DNA from: an uncultured Gammaproteobacteria bacterium | GTDB lineage: Bacteria; Patescibacteriota; Patescibacteriia; Magasanikbacterales; GWA2-37-8 | Direction of reading: 5' to 3' | Length of the DNA stretch: 64,000 bases | Assembly: GCA_964510885.1 (NCBI GenBank) | Contig: CAZEDL010000006.1 | Span: 12,531 to 76,530, forward strand | Shown here: positions 9,105-16,391 of the stretch, in pieces | Layout: each line of letters opens with the position of its first letter | How positions within the stretch are numbered: the first letter of the stretch is position 1 | The notes under the pieces: model-generated | What the model saw: the letters and a program-made list of their open reading frames with translations, nothing else | Told to the model about the DNA's origin: nothing | Databases searched by the model: none | Position numbers and translations under genes: made by a program

Positions 9105-9974
9105 ATGTCCCTCGGTCGCGGCCTTGGCGCCCTCATCACTCCCACCACCGGCGCCCGCAAACAAACTATCCTCTCTACCGGTTCTATGCAGAATAGTGCC
9201 GATAAAGTCTGGTCGATTCCGCTCAGTGAGATTAGTGCGGATCCGAAGCAGCCACGCCGCACCCTCAAGCCAGCCGAATTGCAAGAATTGGCTGATTCGC
9301 TCAAAACCCACGGCGTGCTGCAGCCAATTTTAGTGCGTGAAAAAGATAGCGGAGGCTACGAAATCATTGCCGGCGAACGCCGTTTCCGGGCCGCGCAATT
9401 GGCAGGCCTGTCTACCATGCCGGCATTAGTCAAAAAATTTGCCGACCGCGAACGACTTGAAGTTGCCTTGGTGGAAAATCTGCAGCGTCAGGATTTAAAT
9501 CCGATTGAAGAAGCAGCTGGCTATGACCGACTAATCAAAGAATTTGGCCTGACCCAAGAACAAGTAGCAGCCAAAGTCGGTAAAGGCCGCCCCACCGTGG
9601 CCAACTTGATCCGCCTCCTTAGTTTGCCTGAAGAAGTGAAGACTGCGCTCGTGAACGGCGATATTAACACCGGCCAAGCCCGGTCTCTCCTAGCCCTCCC
9701 AAGCAGCAGCGAACAGCTGGCTCTGCTCTCCAGCATGCGCGGCCAAAAAATTACGGTGCGCGAACTAGAATCGCAAGTACGCACCAAAACTCCGGCCGCC
9801 CCGGCTCGCCGTGACCCCAATCTCAGTTATCTCGAAGACACCCTCCGCTCTGCCCTCGGCGCCAAAACCAGCATTACGCAAAAAGGCGGCCGCGGCACGA
9901 TTACCATCCACTATCATTCGGTCGAAGAATTATCCGGTATTGTGAAAAAGATTACGGATGACAGTGTGGAATAG
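9105..9974 (+). CDS. parB: Chromosome partitioning protein ParB/Spo0J
   Basis: ParB box GERRFRAA, HTH region, 289 aa, downstream of parA. Confidence 0.9.
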   Translation: MSLGRGLGALITPTTGARKQTILSTGSMQNSADKVWSIPLSEISADPKQPRRTLKPAELQELADSLKTHGVLQPILVREKDSGGYEIIAGERRFRAAQLAGLSTMPALVKKFADRERLEVALVENLQRQDLNPIEEAAGYDRLIKEFGLTQEQVAAKVGKGRPTVANLIRLLSLPEEVKTALVNGDINTGQARSLLALPSSSEQLALLSSMRGQKITVRELESQVRTKTPAAPARRDPNLSYLEDTLRSALGAKTSITQKGGRGTITIHYHSVEELSGIVKKITDDSVE

Positions 9975-10037
9975 TGCTTCAACCTAAGAATAAGTAATAA
10001 TTAAAAAACACCCTGGTTAGGCCAGGATGTTTTTTTA

Positions 10038-11564
10038 TTATGATTTCGGCGGAGTCGGCACTTTACCGCGTTTATACGGAATAATCTGTTTTATCCAGCT
10101 ACTCAGCGACGTATTCTTCAAGGAGTTTTTAATATGCGCCCGCGCGTGGTGCGTCTTTACGGTTTTCAGCCAATCCGGGCTCGGGCCTTTGCGATTCTTG
10201 TCGATCGTGATCGCCACCACGTCGCCGCTTTTAAGCGGTGTATCAAGTGACATCAATTGATCATTCACCCGGGCACCGCTACACTGGTTGCCGATATCGC
10301 TATGAATATGATAGGCAAAATCCACCGGCGTGGCATCTTCGGGCAAATCGATCACGTCGCCCTTCGGGGTGAAGACAAAAATTCGGTTCTGGAAAAAATC
10401 TACTTTCAATTCTTCCATCCCCGACAGGTTCACCAAGATTTCCTGCTGGATTCTGGCCAGTTCCTTGGCCCAGGCCACATCACGCGGGGGCCGGCGCGAC
10501 CCTTTTTCATCATAGAGCCAATGCGCGGCCACACCGAATTCCGCTTCCGCATGCATTTCCGGGGTACGAATCTGGAATTCCACCACCTTGCCATTATCGG
10601 CAAACACCGTGGTATGGAGCGACGAATAGCCGTTCGGCTTCGGCTGCGCAATATAATCTTTAATCCGGCCTTTCAGGGGCCGCCACAATTGGTGAATGAT
10701 CCCGAGCGTGGCATAACAATCGCCCACATCACCCACAATCACGCGCAGCGCCACAATGTCATACATCTTATCCGTTTCCCAGCCTTTACGCTGCAATTTT
10801 TGAAACAAGCTATAGAGCTGTTTTTGTCGGCCGTAGACATCCATTAATTTAATATGCGCCTTAGATAATTCCGTCCGGATTCGGGCCGTTACTTTTTCGA
10901 TCGAATCGCCCTGATCTGCCAGCAGACGATCGCGGATAGTTTTAGTCCGTTCGTATTCCTTGGGATAAATATACGGGAAGGACAAATCTTCCAGAAATCC
11001 TTTGAATTCACCCATGCCGAGGCGGTGCGCGATCGGAGCATAAATCTCAAGGCTCTCGAGCGCAATTCGGTGCCGTTTTTTTTCGGGCAGAGCATCGAGC
11101 GTGGTCAAGTTGTGTGTTCGATCGGCAAATTTAATCACCATCACGCGGACATCTTCGGCCATGGCCACGAACATCTTGCGCAAATTTTCGAGGTAGCGCT
11201 CAATGCCGCGGTATTTGAGTTTGCCAAGCTTCGTAATCCCTTCGATCATTTTGGCAATATCAGCCCCGAAATTTTTTTCAATCTCGGCCAGTGTCACTGC
11301 CGTATCTTCCGGCACATCGTGCAGGAGGGTGGCCACAATAATATTCGTCTCCATGCGCATTGTGGCCAAAATCCAGGCTGCCGCCAGAGGGTGCACAATA
11401 TATGGCTCGCCGGATTTGCGGAATTGTCCCGAGTGAGCGTTGGCTGCAAAATCATAGGCCAACCGCACCATTTCAAGATCCGATGATCCGCGGTACGACC
11501 GGATTTCTTTGACCAGTTTATCAATCGTCAGATCAGCGGGGATAGTAGTGCTGCTATATGACAT
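10038..11564 (-). CDS. Bifunctional (p)ppGpp synthetase/hydrolase Rsh (RelA/SpoT homolog), short form
   Basis: HD hydrolase domain (HD...DVPED), synthetase domain (RTPEMHAEAEFGVAAHWLY) and a TGS region. At 508 aa the C-terminal ACT/RIS region appears to be missing. Confidence 0.9.
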   Translation of the reverse strand: MSYSSTTIPADLTIDKLVKEIRSYRGSSDLEMVRLAYDFAANAHSGQFRKSGEPYIVHPLAAAWILATMRMETNIIVATLLHDVPEDTAVTLAEIEKNFGADIAKMIEGITKLGKLKYRGIERYLENLRKMFVAMAEDVRVMVIKFADRTHNLTTLDALPEKKRHRIALESLEIYAPIAHRLGMGEFKGFLEDLSFPYIYPKEYERTKTIRDRLLADQGDSIEKVTARIRTELSKAHIKLMDVYGRQKQLYSLFQKLQRKGWETDKMYDIVALRVIVGDVGDCYATLGIIHQLWRPLKGRIKDYIAQPKPNGYSSLHTTVFADNGKVVEFQIRTPEMHAEAEFGVAAHWLYDEKGSRRPPRDVAWAKELARIQQEILVNLSGMEELKVDFFQNRIFVFTPKGDVIDLPEDATPVDFAYHIHSDIGNQCSGARVNDQLMSLDTPLKSGDVVAITIDKNRKGPSPDWLKTVKTHHARAHIKNSLKNTSLSSWIKQIIPYKRGKVPTPPKS

Positions 11565-11882
11565 ACAGCAAGAAAAATTTTAATTTTCGATAATAAATCT
11601 CTATGCGCAGTATAGCTTTTTAGACTAAAAATGTCTATAAATCAGTCGTTTTATGGCTAATTTTTGGGTGTAATTACCCTGTGTATAACTCCGTTGACAC
11701 CTCCTGCAGCCATGATAAGTTACATAGTATAAAAAATATGAATCTCATTCACCAAGCTCATCAATTGTTTACTAATAAGGTCAGCATCTTGCCGACCATT
11801 ATTTGCGTAAATAATTTTTACTGGACGAAGGGTGATGAGCGCATAGGTGTAGCCTGATACCAGGCCACAATCTAAAACCACA

Positions 11883-11913
11883 TCACCCTGAATCTAACGA
11901 TCAGGGTGATTTT
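11883..11913 (+). terminator. Terminator-like hairpin TCACCCTGA-loop-TCAGGGTGA followed by TTTT in a noncoding region
   Basis: Seen in sequence. No annotated gene lies upstream on the plus strand, so it could end an unannotated small transcript. Confidence 0.35.
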
Positions 11914-12078
11914 AATTAAGACTGCTCTTTCACATCTGCTAACAATTGCTTGGCCATCAGCCCATACGGGGGTTATGTACTAATGGTCGAGCGATTGTTT
12001 AGTAACTATTTTCAGGCCCATCGGCCTGAAACAGCGCTCGAAAGTCCTGGCTTGCCCAGGCATTCATAAGGAGATCCC

Positions 12079-12285
12079 ATGCCGTTCGCCACCGCTTCCC
12101 AGGAAGATCATCCTGCCACCAGCCCGATCCACCCTGCTGCCCAGGAGTCCGCCGATGCGCCCGCGGACCCTCTGTTCATCGATGAGGTCCACGAGGTCTT
12201 CAACATCCCGCGTCGGCCCTCTGGGCCTGAGGTGGGGGGTGACCCCGTGTACAAGAGGCCACGCGGAACCTACTTCGTGTCGTAA
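12079..12285 (+). CDS. Hypothetical 68-aa protein in a high-GC segment, with a strong Shine-Dalgarno
   Basis: AAGGAG lies 6 nt before the ATG. GC is about 62% with GC3 bias. No recognisable domain. This could instead be part of a structured RNA. Confidence 0.3.
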   Translation: MPFATASQEDHPATSPIHPAAQESADAPADPLFIDEVHEVFNIPRRPSGPEVGGDPVYKRPRGTYFVS

Positions 12286-12320
12286 TCATCGGCACGCAGT
12301 TCACCGCCGGACGCTCGAGC

Positions 12321-12390
12321 GCTCCGGTCTTCCGGTGTTACCGGAACTGATGAGTCCTTTCAGAATAAGATCAGGACGAAACCAAATTCG
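12321..12390 (+). ncRNA. Candidate type III hammerhead ribozyme
   Basis: GUC cleavage triplet at 12327-12329; stem I hairpin UUCCGGU-GUU-ACCGGAA at 12330-12346; CUGAUGA at 12347-12353; stem II GUCCU...AGGAC at 12354-12377; GAA at 12378-12380; then AC starting stem III. All 11 conserved core nucleotides are in canonical positions. Stem III is only about 3 bp (A-U, C-G, C-G). Confidence 0.6.
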
Positions 12391-12397
12391 TGAGTTA

Positions 12398-12426
12398 CCA
12401 GTTTGTACTGGCTTTATTTGTTTTTT
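12398..12426 (+). terminator. Hairpin ACCAGT-ttgt-ACTGG followed by a T-rich run, downstream of the hammerhead motif
   Basis: Seen in sequence. Confidence 0.4.
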
Positions 12427-12467
12427 TAAATTAAAATATAACCTATTAAAATAAAATTGCCTATAGT

Positions 12468-12896
12468 ATGTCAAAAAATAAACCTGAAGTCCCATTCTGG
12501 GATTTCCCCCCAGAAAATACCGGTTCAGTTTTGGAAGAAAATGGCAGGCCAGTGCGTGACCGAAATGCCGCGGATGTTTTTAATAAATTAGAAAGAAAGG
12601 CGAATGAATGGGGAATTGATCTTGGCTCACTAAAAATTTTAGACAGACCTGAATTGATTGCCCAGTTATTAATTGATAAAAAAGTTGCAATTGTAGCAGA
12701 CGGCCCTTTTATAAATGATCATGATATGCAGACAATAGCGGATGCTGTTGTAGAGGATTGGCGCCCGGCATCTGGCACTTTGAGCGATCACGAGCGACAA
12801 AACTTATCTGCATTAGTGTATGACTGCCTCTCTCTAAACGAAGGTGAAGAGGAATTATTGGCAGCATATAATAAAGGAATTAAAAATAAAGAGTAA
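12468..12896 (+). CDS. Hypothetical protein (142 aa, acidic, no recognised domain)
   Basis: ORF only. Confidence 0.5.
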   Translation: MSKNKPEVPFWDFPPENTGSVLEENGRPVRDRNAADVFNKLERKANEWGIDLGSLKILDRPELIAQLLIDKKVAIVADGPFINDHDMQTIADAVVEDWRPASGTLSDHERQNLSALVYDCLSLNEGEEELLAAYNKGIKNKE

Positions 12897-12931
12897 TCTA
12901 TATTATTTAATTGGTATCGTAAAATATCCTC

Positions 12932-12960
12932 TTGACAAAATCCTCAAACTGTGCTATACT
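12932..12960 (+). promoter_or_regulatory. Near-consensus sigma70 promoter TTGACA-17-TGcTATACT (extended -10)
   Basis: TTGACA at 12932-12937, TATACT at 12955-12960, TG at -15/-14. Confidence 0.6.
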
Positions 12961-12965
12961 ACCAT

Positions 12966-13056
12966 TTGTGATACAAAGAAAACCTTAGCGCCAACGTATA
13001 ACCCCACTAGTAATAGCGGGGTTATATCGTTTTAAAAGGTATAGATGGCCAAATAG
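12966..13056 (+). ncRNA. Candidate small RNA 1 (about 90 nt), promoter-to-terminator unit
   Basis: It follows the promoter at 12932-12960. It contains the hairpin AACCCC-12nt-GGGGTT (13001-13024) and ends at GGCC-AAATA-GGCC followed by TTTTTT (13037-13056). No plausible ORF and no downstream plus-strand gene. Confidence 0.4.
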
Positions 13057-13082
13057 GCCGTTTTTTGTTTAAGCGTGGTCAA

Positions 13083-13131
13083 TAAACCTCTGGATTCCCG
13101 TTAGAGTTTACCTCCAGCGTAGGCGGGGCGG
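13083..13131 (-). repeat. Palindromic repeat family A, copy 1 (GGATTCCCG...CGGGAATGACA)
   Basis: Its reverse complement (GTCATTCCCGCCCCGCCTACGCTGGAGGTAAACTCTAACGGGAATCC) is near-identical to 52126-52173. Confidence 0.7.
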
Positions 13132-13179
13132 GAATGACACTAAAAAATAGTATTCACCAAGCTTTTTTTCTTTAAACCC

Positions 13180-13207
13180 TTGCATTTTTAGCGATTTTTG
13201 CTATACT
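13180..13207 (+). promoter_or_regulatory. Second near-consensus promoter TTGCAT-16-TGcTATACT
   Basis: TTGCAT at 13180-13185, TATACT at 13202-13207, extended -10 TG. Confidence 0.55.
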
Positions 13208-13212
13208 GCGCG

Positions 13213-13306
13213 CGTAGGCCTCAATCGGGCCTTTGTATCACCTTTGGCATCAAGGCATACCCTTTGAGCCTACATTAAAAACATCCCGTGGCGGGATGTT
13301 TTTTGA
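13213..13306 (+). ncRNA. Candidate small RNA 2 (about 93 nt)
   Basis: It starts after the promoter at 13180-13207. An 8-bp closing stem GUAGGCUC...GAGCCUAC encloses a CCUUUG-repeat region. It ends at the terminator AACATCCCG-tg-GCGGGATGTT followed by TTTTTT (13280-13306), which also serves the convergent gene at 13321. Confidence 0.4.
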
Positions 13307-13320
13307 TTCTAAAGTGGGTG

Positions 13321-13797
13321 TTAGTTAAGCTTCTCTCTAACCGTCTCTCCCAATTCTTTTAACCAATTCAGCACCGATTTATAGTAAGCAATATTCAGGA
13401 GTAATAACGTAATCACCACAATCGCATCATAGCTTTGCCGCACCCAGTACCCATCTTCCAGCCGGACCCACATCCCAAACTCATCAAACGTCAGGCCAAG
13501 CCCAATGCCATAGATAAACGTCAGCCAGCGAAAGCTACGCGATCCAAGTTCCGGCCGCCGCATAATAAAATAAAATCCGACCAGTACCAGAATTACTACC
13601 CCATAGGTAAAATGGTGGATGTGCACCCCGCGGATGGTCAAGAAAAAATTCGGTACCAAGTTATCAAGCACGAGGTATACGAACATGCGCGAGATAAAAA
13701 AGGTCACCAAAAAAGAAAAGGCAATAATGCCAATCAGGCGGCGATTACTGGGGGTATTGTATTCTTTGAGTTCCATGTTTTTTACAATAATTGTCAT
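13321..13797 (-). CDS. Hypothetical integral membrane protein (4 predicted TM helices)
   Basis: ORF with hydrophobic segments; no recognised motif. Confidence 0.5.
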   Translation of the reverse strand: MTIIVKNMELKEYNTPSNRRLIGIIAFSFLVTFFISRMFVYLVLDNLVPNFFLTIRGVHIHHFTYGVVILVLVGFYFIMRRPELGSRSFRWLTFIYGIGLGLTFDEFGMWVRLEDGYWVRQSYDAIVVITLLLLNIAYYKSVLNWLKELGETVREKLN

Positions 13798-13825
13798 CTC
13801 CGTGTAGGCGAAAACTACACTCGAC

Positions 13826-13916
13826 TGTCATCCTGAGCGTTAGCGAAGGATCCCTTAACGCTAACTTCATCGATGCTTTTGATTTTAAGCGATTCTTCGT
13901 TTCACTCAGAATGACA
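13826..13916. repeat. MITE-like repeat family B, copy 1 (about 91 bp; TIRs TGTCATCCTGAG...CTCAGAATGACA)
   Basis: The left 35 bp is near-identical to 52203-52237, and the terminal inverted repeats match. Confidence 0.7.
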
Positions 13917-13937
13917 AGTTGATTGCGATGTGTGACT

Positions 13938-13964
13938 GGATTCCCGCTTTCGCGGGAATGACAA
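13938..13964. repeat. Repeat family A, short copy (GGATTCCCGC-tttc-GCGGGAATGACA)
   Basis: It shares the GGATTCCCGC/GCGGGAAT palindrome. Confidence 0.55.
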
Positions 13965-13990
13965 GGAGTTGAATGAAGCTAAGATCGTGC

Positions 13991-16219
13991 TTATTCGGTA
14001 ACTGGCGCATCTTTTTTAAATCCACACTCTTTGCTACTGCACGCAATCACGCCTTTAGCTTTGAAGGTTAGAAGTGATTGGCAATTCGGGCACTTTTCCC
14101 CATTCGGCCGATCCCACATGGCAAATTTACAGTCCGGGTAGCGATTACAGGCAAAGAATAATTTGCCGCGCTTGCTTTTCTTTTGCACGAGTTCACCCTC
14201 CTTGCACTCCGGGCAGGGGATATTAAGTTTAGTTTCAATCTTTTTGATAAATTTACAGTCCGGATACTTGGAGCACCCGAGGAACGGCCCGAACCGGCCA
14301 TGCTTGATCGCGAGCGGTGCGCCGCATTTTTCACACGTCTCATGGCTCATTTCCACGCCGCCAAGTGCGGCTGCTTCTTCGGCGAGTGGCTTGGTGTTTT
14401 TACAGTCCGGATAACCACTGCAAGCCATGAATCTGCCAAAGCGCCCACGTTTGATGATCATGGGTTTACTGCATTTATCGCACACCTCATCGGTGGCTTC
14501 CTCAGTCAATTCTTTTTTGCTGAGTTCTTTATCTTTTTTATCTAGGTTCTCTTTGAACGGGCCATAAAAATCAGCCATCACCGGCTGCCAGTTTTTGTCG
14601 CCAGCGGCAATATCATCGAGGCGCTCTTCCATTTGGGCGGTAAATTCATAATCCACCACCTGCGGGAAATGTTCGACCAGTAGGTCGTTCACGAGGTATG
14701 CAATCTCTTCCGGTTCCAGTTTTTTACGCTCATCGCGCTTCACGTAGCCACGATCTTCGATCGTAGCAATGGTCGGGGCATACGTGGACGGCCGACCAAT
14801 GCCATGTTCTTCTAAAATTTTAACAAGTGTGGCATCCGAATACCGGGCCGGTGGCTCGGTGAAATGCTGCTCGGGTGTCAGGCTCTCTTCAGTCATGGCT
14901 GTGCCGTCGGTCAGCAGCGGCAAGCTATTTTCTTTGACTTTATCTGGATACAGTTTAAGCCAACCATCGAAAATAATAGTTTGTCCGGTGGCATGAAATA
15001 CATATTTGTTGGCACTCACAATATCAAGCGAGGTGGCGTTCAACGCGGCTTCTTTCATTTGGGTGGCTACTGCCCGTTTCCAGATCAGGCTATACAGCCG
15101 ATGCTGATTGGTTTCGAGAAACGGTTTCACCACGTCCGGGGTACGCAGCGCACTCGTGGGGCGGATCGCTTCATGGGCTTCTTGTGCGTTCTTATTTTTA
15201 TTTTTAAAATGTCGCGGCTCACTCAGCTGATACGTGGCGCCAAATTCTTCACCGATCGCAGTTTGGGCTTCAGCCAAAAACAGATCCGACAAATTCACCG
15301 CGTCGGTACGCATGTAGGTGATAAGACCCACGTGCCCTTCGCTGCCAAGTTCCACCCCTTCGTACAATTGTTGTGCCAGACGCATCGTCTGCTTGGCCGA
15401 AAAGCCAAGCGTATGGTTGGCTTCCTGCTGCAAGGTAGACGTAGTGAATGGGGCCGGCGGCTGACGGGTGGTTTTTTTCTCTTCAATATTCACGGCCGTA
15501 TAGGTGGTGCCGCTAAGTGCTGTTACAATCTCATCTACTTGGGTTTTATTTTTTAAATCCAGCTTGTCCAGTTTTTTATTCGGCAAGTTGGTAAGCGTAG
15601 CAGACACGGTGTCATTTTTTCCATCTACCCCAAACAAGCCCTCGATAGTCCAGTATTCTTCAGCTACAAACGCTTTGATCTCGCGCTCGCGCTCCACGAT
15701 GAGGCGCACTGCTACCGATTGAACACGCCCGGCGGACAAGCCCCGCGCCACTTTGCGCCATAGGAATGGCGACAAATTGTATCCCACCAGGCGATCAAGC
15801 ACTCGGCGAGCTTGCTGCGCATCCACCAGTTGCAAATTAAGTCCGCGCGGATGCTCCACTGCCTTCAGCAAGGCTGCTTTGGTAATTTCATGAAAGGTGA
15901 TCCGTTTCGCTTGGTGCGGATCGATGCCAAGAATCGTCGCCAAATGCCAAGAAATGGCCTCGCCTTCGCGGTCCTCATCAGTTGCAAATAAGATCTCGTC
16001 GACTTTTTTGGCTGCCTCTTTCAGTTCTTTGGCCACTGCCGATTTATCACGGCTCACAATATACTGAGGTTCAAAATTGTGTTCCACATCCACCCCCAGC
16101 TTGCTTTTTGGCAAGTCGCGCACATGGCCGAACGATGATTTGATAATATATTTTTTTCCGAGGAAAGCGCTGATCGTTTTGGCTTTGGCTGGCGACTCTA
16201 CGATGACAAGTGTTTTCAT
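13991..16219 (-). CDS. topA: DNA topoisomerase I with C-terminal zinc ribbons
   Basis: TOPRIM N-terminus (MKTLVIVESPAKAKTI), an active-site Tyr region, and multiple C-terminal CxxC zinc-ribbon repeats; 742 aa. Confidence 0.95.
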   Translation of the reverse strand: MKTLVIVESPAKAKTISAFLGKKYIIKSSFGHVRDLPKSKLGVDVEHNFEPQYIVSRDKSAVAKELKEAAKKVDEILFATDEDREGEAISWHLATILGIDPHQAKRITFHEITKAALLKAVEHPRGLNLQLVDAQQARRVLDRLVGYNLSPFLWRKVARGLSAGRVQSVAVRLIVEREREIKAFVAEEYWTIEGLFGVDGKNDTVSATLTNLPNKKLDKLDLKNKTQVDEIVTALSGTTYTAVNIEEKKTTRQPPAPFTTSTLQQEANHTLGFSAKQTMRLAQQLYEGVELGSEGHVGLITYMRTDAVNLSDLFLAEAQTAIGEEFGATYQLSEPRHFKNKNKNAQEAHEAIRPTSALRTPDVVKPFLETNQHRLYSLIWKRAVATQMKEAALNATSLDIVSANKYVFHATGQTIIFDGWLKLYPDKVKENSLPLLTDGTAMTEESLTPEQHFTEPPARYSDATLVKILEEHGIGRPSTYAPTIATIEDRGYVKRDERKKLEPEEIAYLVNDLLVEHFPQVVDYEFTAQMEERLDDIAAGDKNWQPVMADFYGPFKENLDKKDKELSKKELTEEATDEVCDKCSKPMIIKRGRFGRFMACSGYPDCKNTKPLAEEAAALGGVEMSHETCEKCGAPLAIKHGRFGPFLGCSKYPDCKFIKKIETKLNIPCPECKEGELVQKKSKRGKLFFACNRYPDCKFAMWDRPNGEKCPNCQSLLTFKAKGVIACSSKECGFKKDAPVTE

Positions 16220-16334
16220 ATGTTGAAGTGTGAAACTTGAAATGTGAAGATGGTAATTAAATTCGTAGATCAGGATTAATCACGAATTTTAAGCTTCACA
16301 TTTAAAGAGTTGTGGTTAGTGATTGTAAGCAAGT

Positions 16335-16364
16335 TTGACAGGGCTGTCAAATGGGCCATATAAT
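16335..16364 (+). promoter_or_regulatory. Consensus sigma70 promoter TTGACA-18-TATAAT whose -35 lies inside a perfect palindrome TTGACAGGGCTGTCAA
   Basis: TTGACA at 16335-16340, TATAAT at 16359-16364, palindrome at 16335-16350. Confidence 0.55.
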
Positions 16365-16391
16365 AATGATGAGGTTTTTTCTCATTTTTTT

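Noticed and set aside
10257-10847. 196-aa ORF antisense to rsh, plus other antisense ORFs in housekeeping genes (for example 14183-14545 and 14864-15556 in topA, 48531-49076 in dnaE)
   Set aside because: They lie inside strongly supported genes on the opposite strand and have no motifs or RBS.
12347-12390. Alternative type I or type II topologies for the hammerhead motif
   Set aside because: Sequence after GAAAC cannot form a closed stem III that returns to a UH site. Only the type III arrangement (closed stems I and II, open stem III) fits, at the cost of a short stem III.
12155-12454. 99-aa Arg-rich ORF overlapping the small high-GC ORF and the hammerhead motif
   Set aside because: It has no RBS and an Arg/Ser-rich composition typical of an out-of-frame GC-rich read-through. 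It also crosses a structured RNA motif and a terminator.
12844-13035. 63-aa ORF spanning the consensus promoter and sRNA-1
   Set aside because: It runs straight through the TTGACA-17-TATACT promoter and the hairpins and has an AT-rich, Lys/Ile-heavy composition, so it is more likely noncoding.
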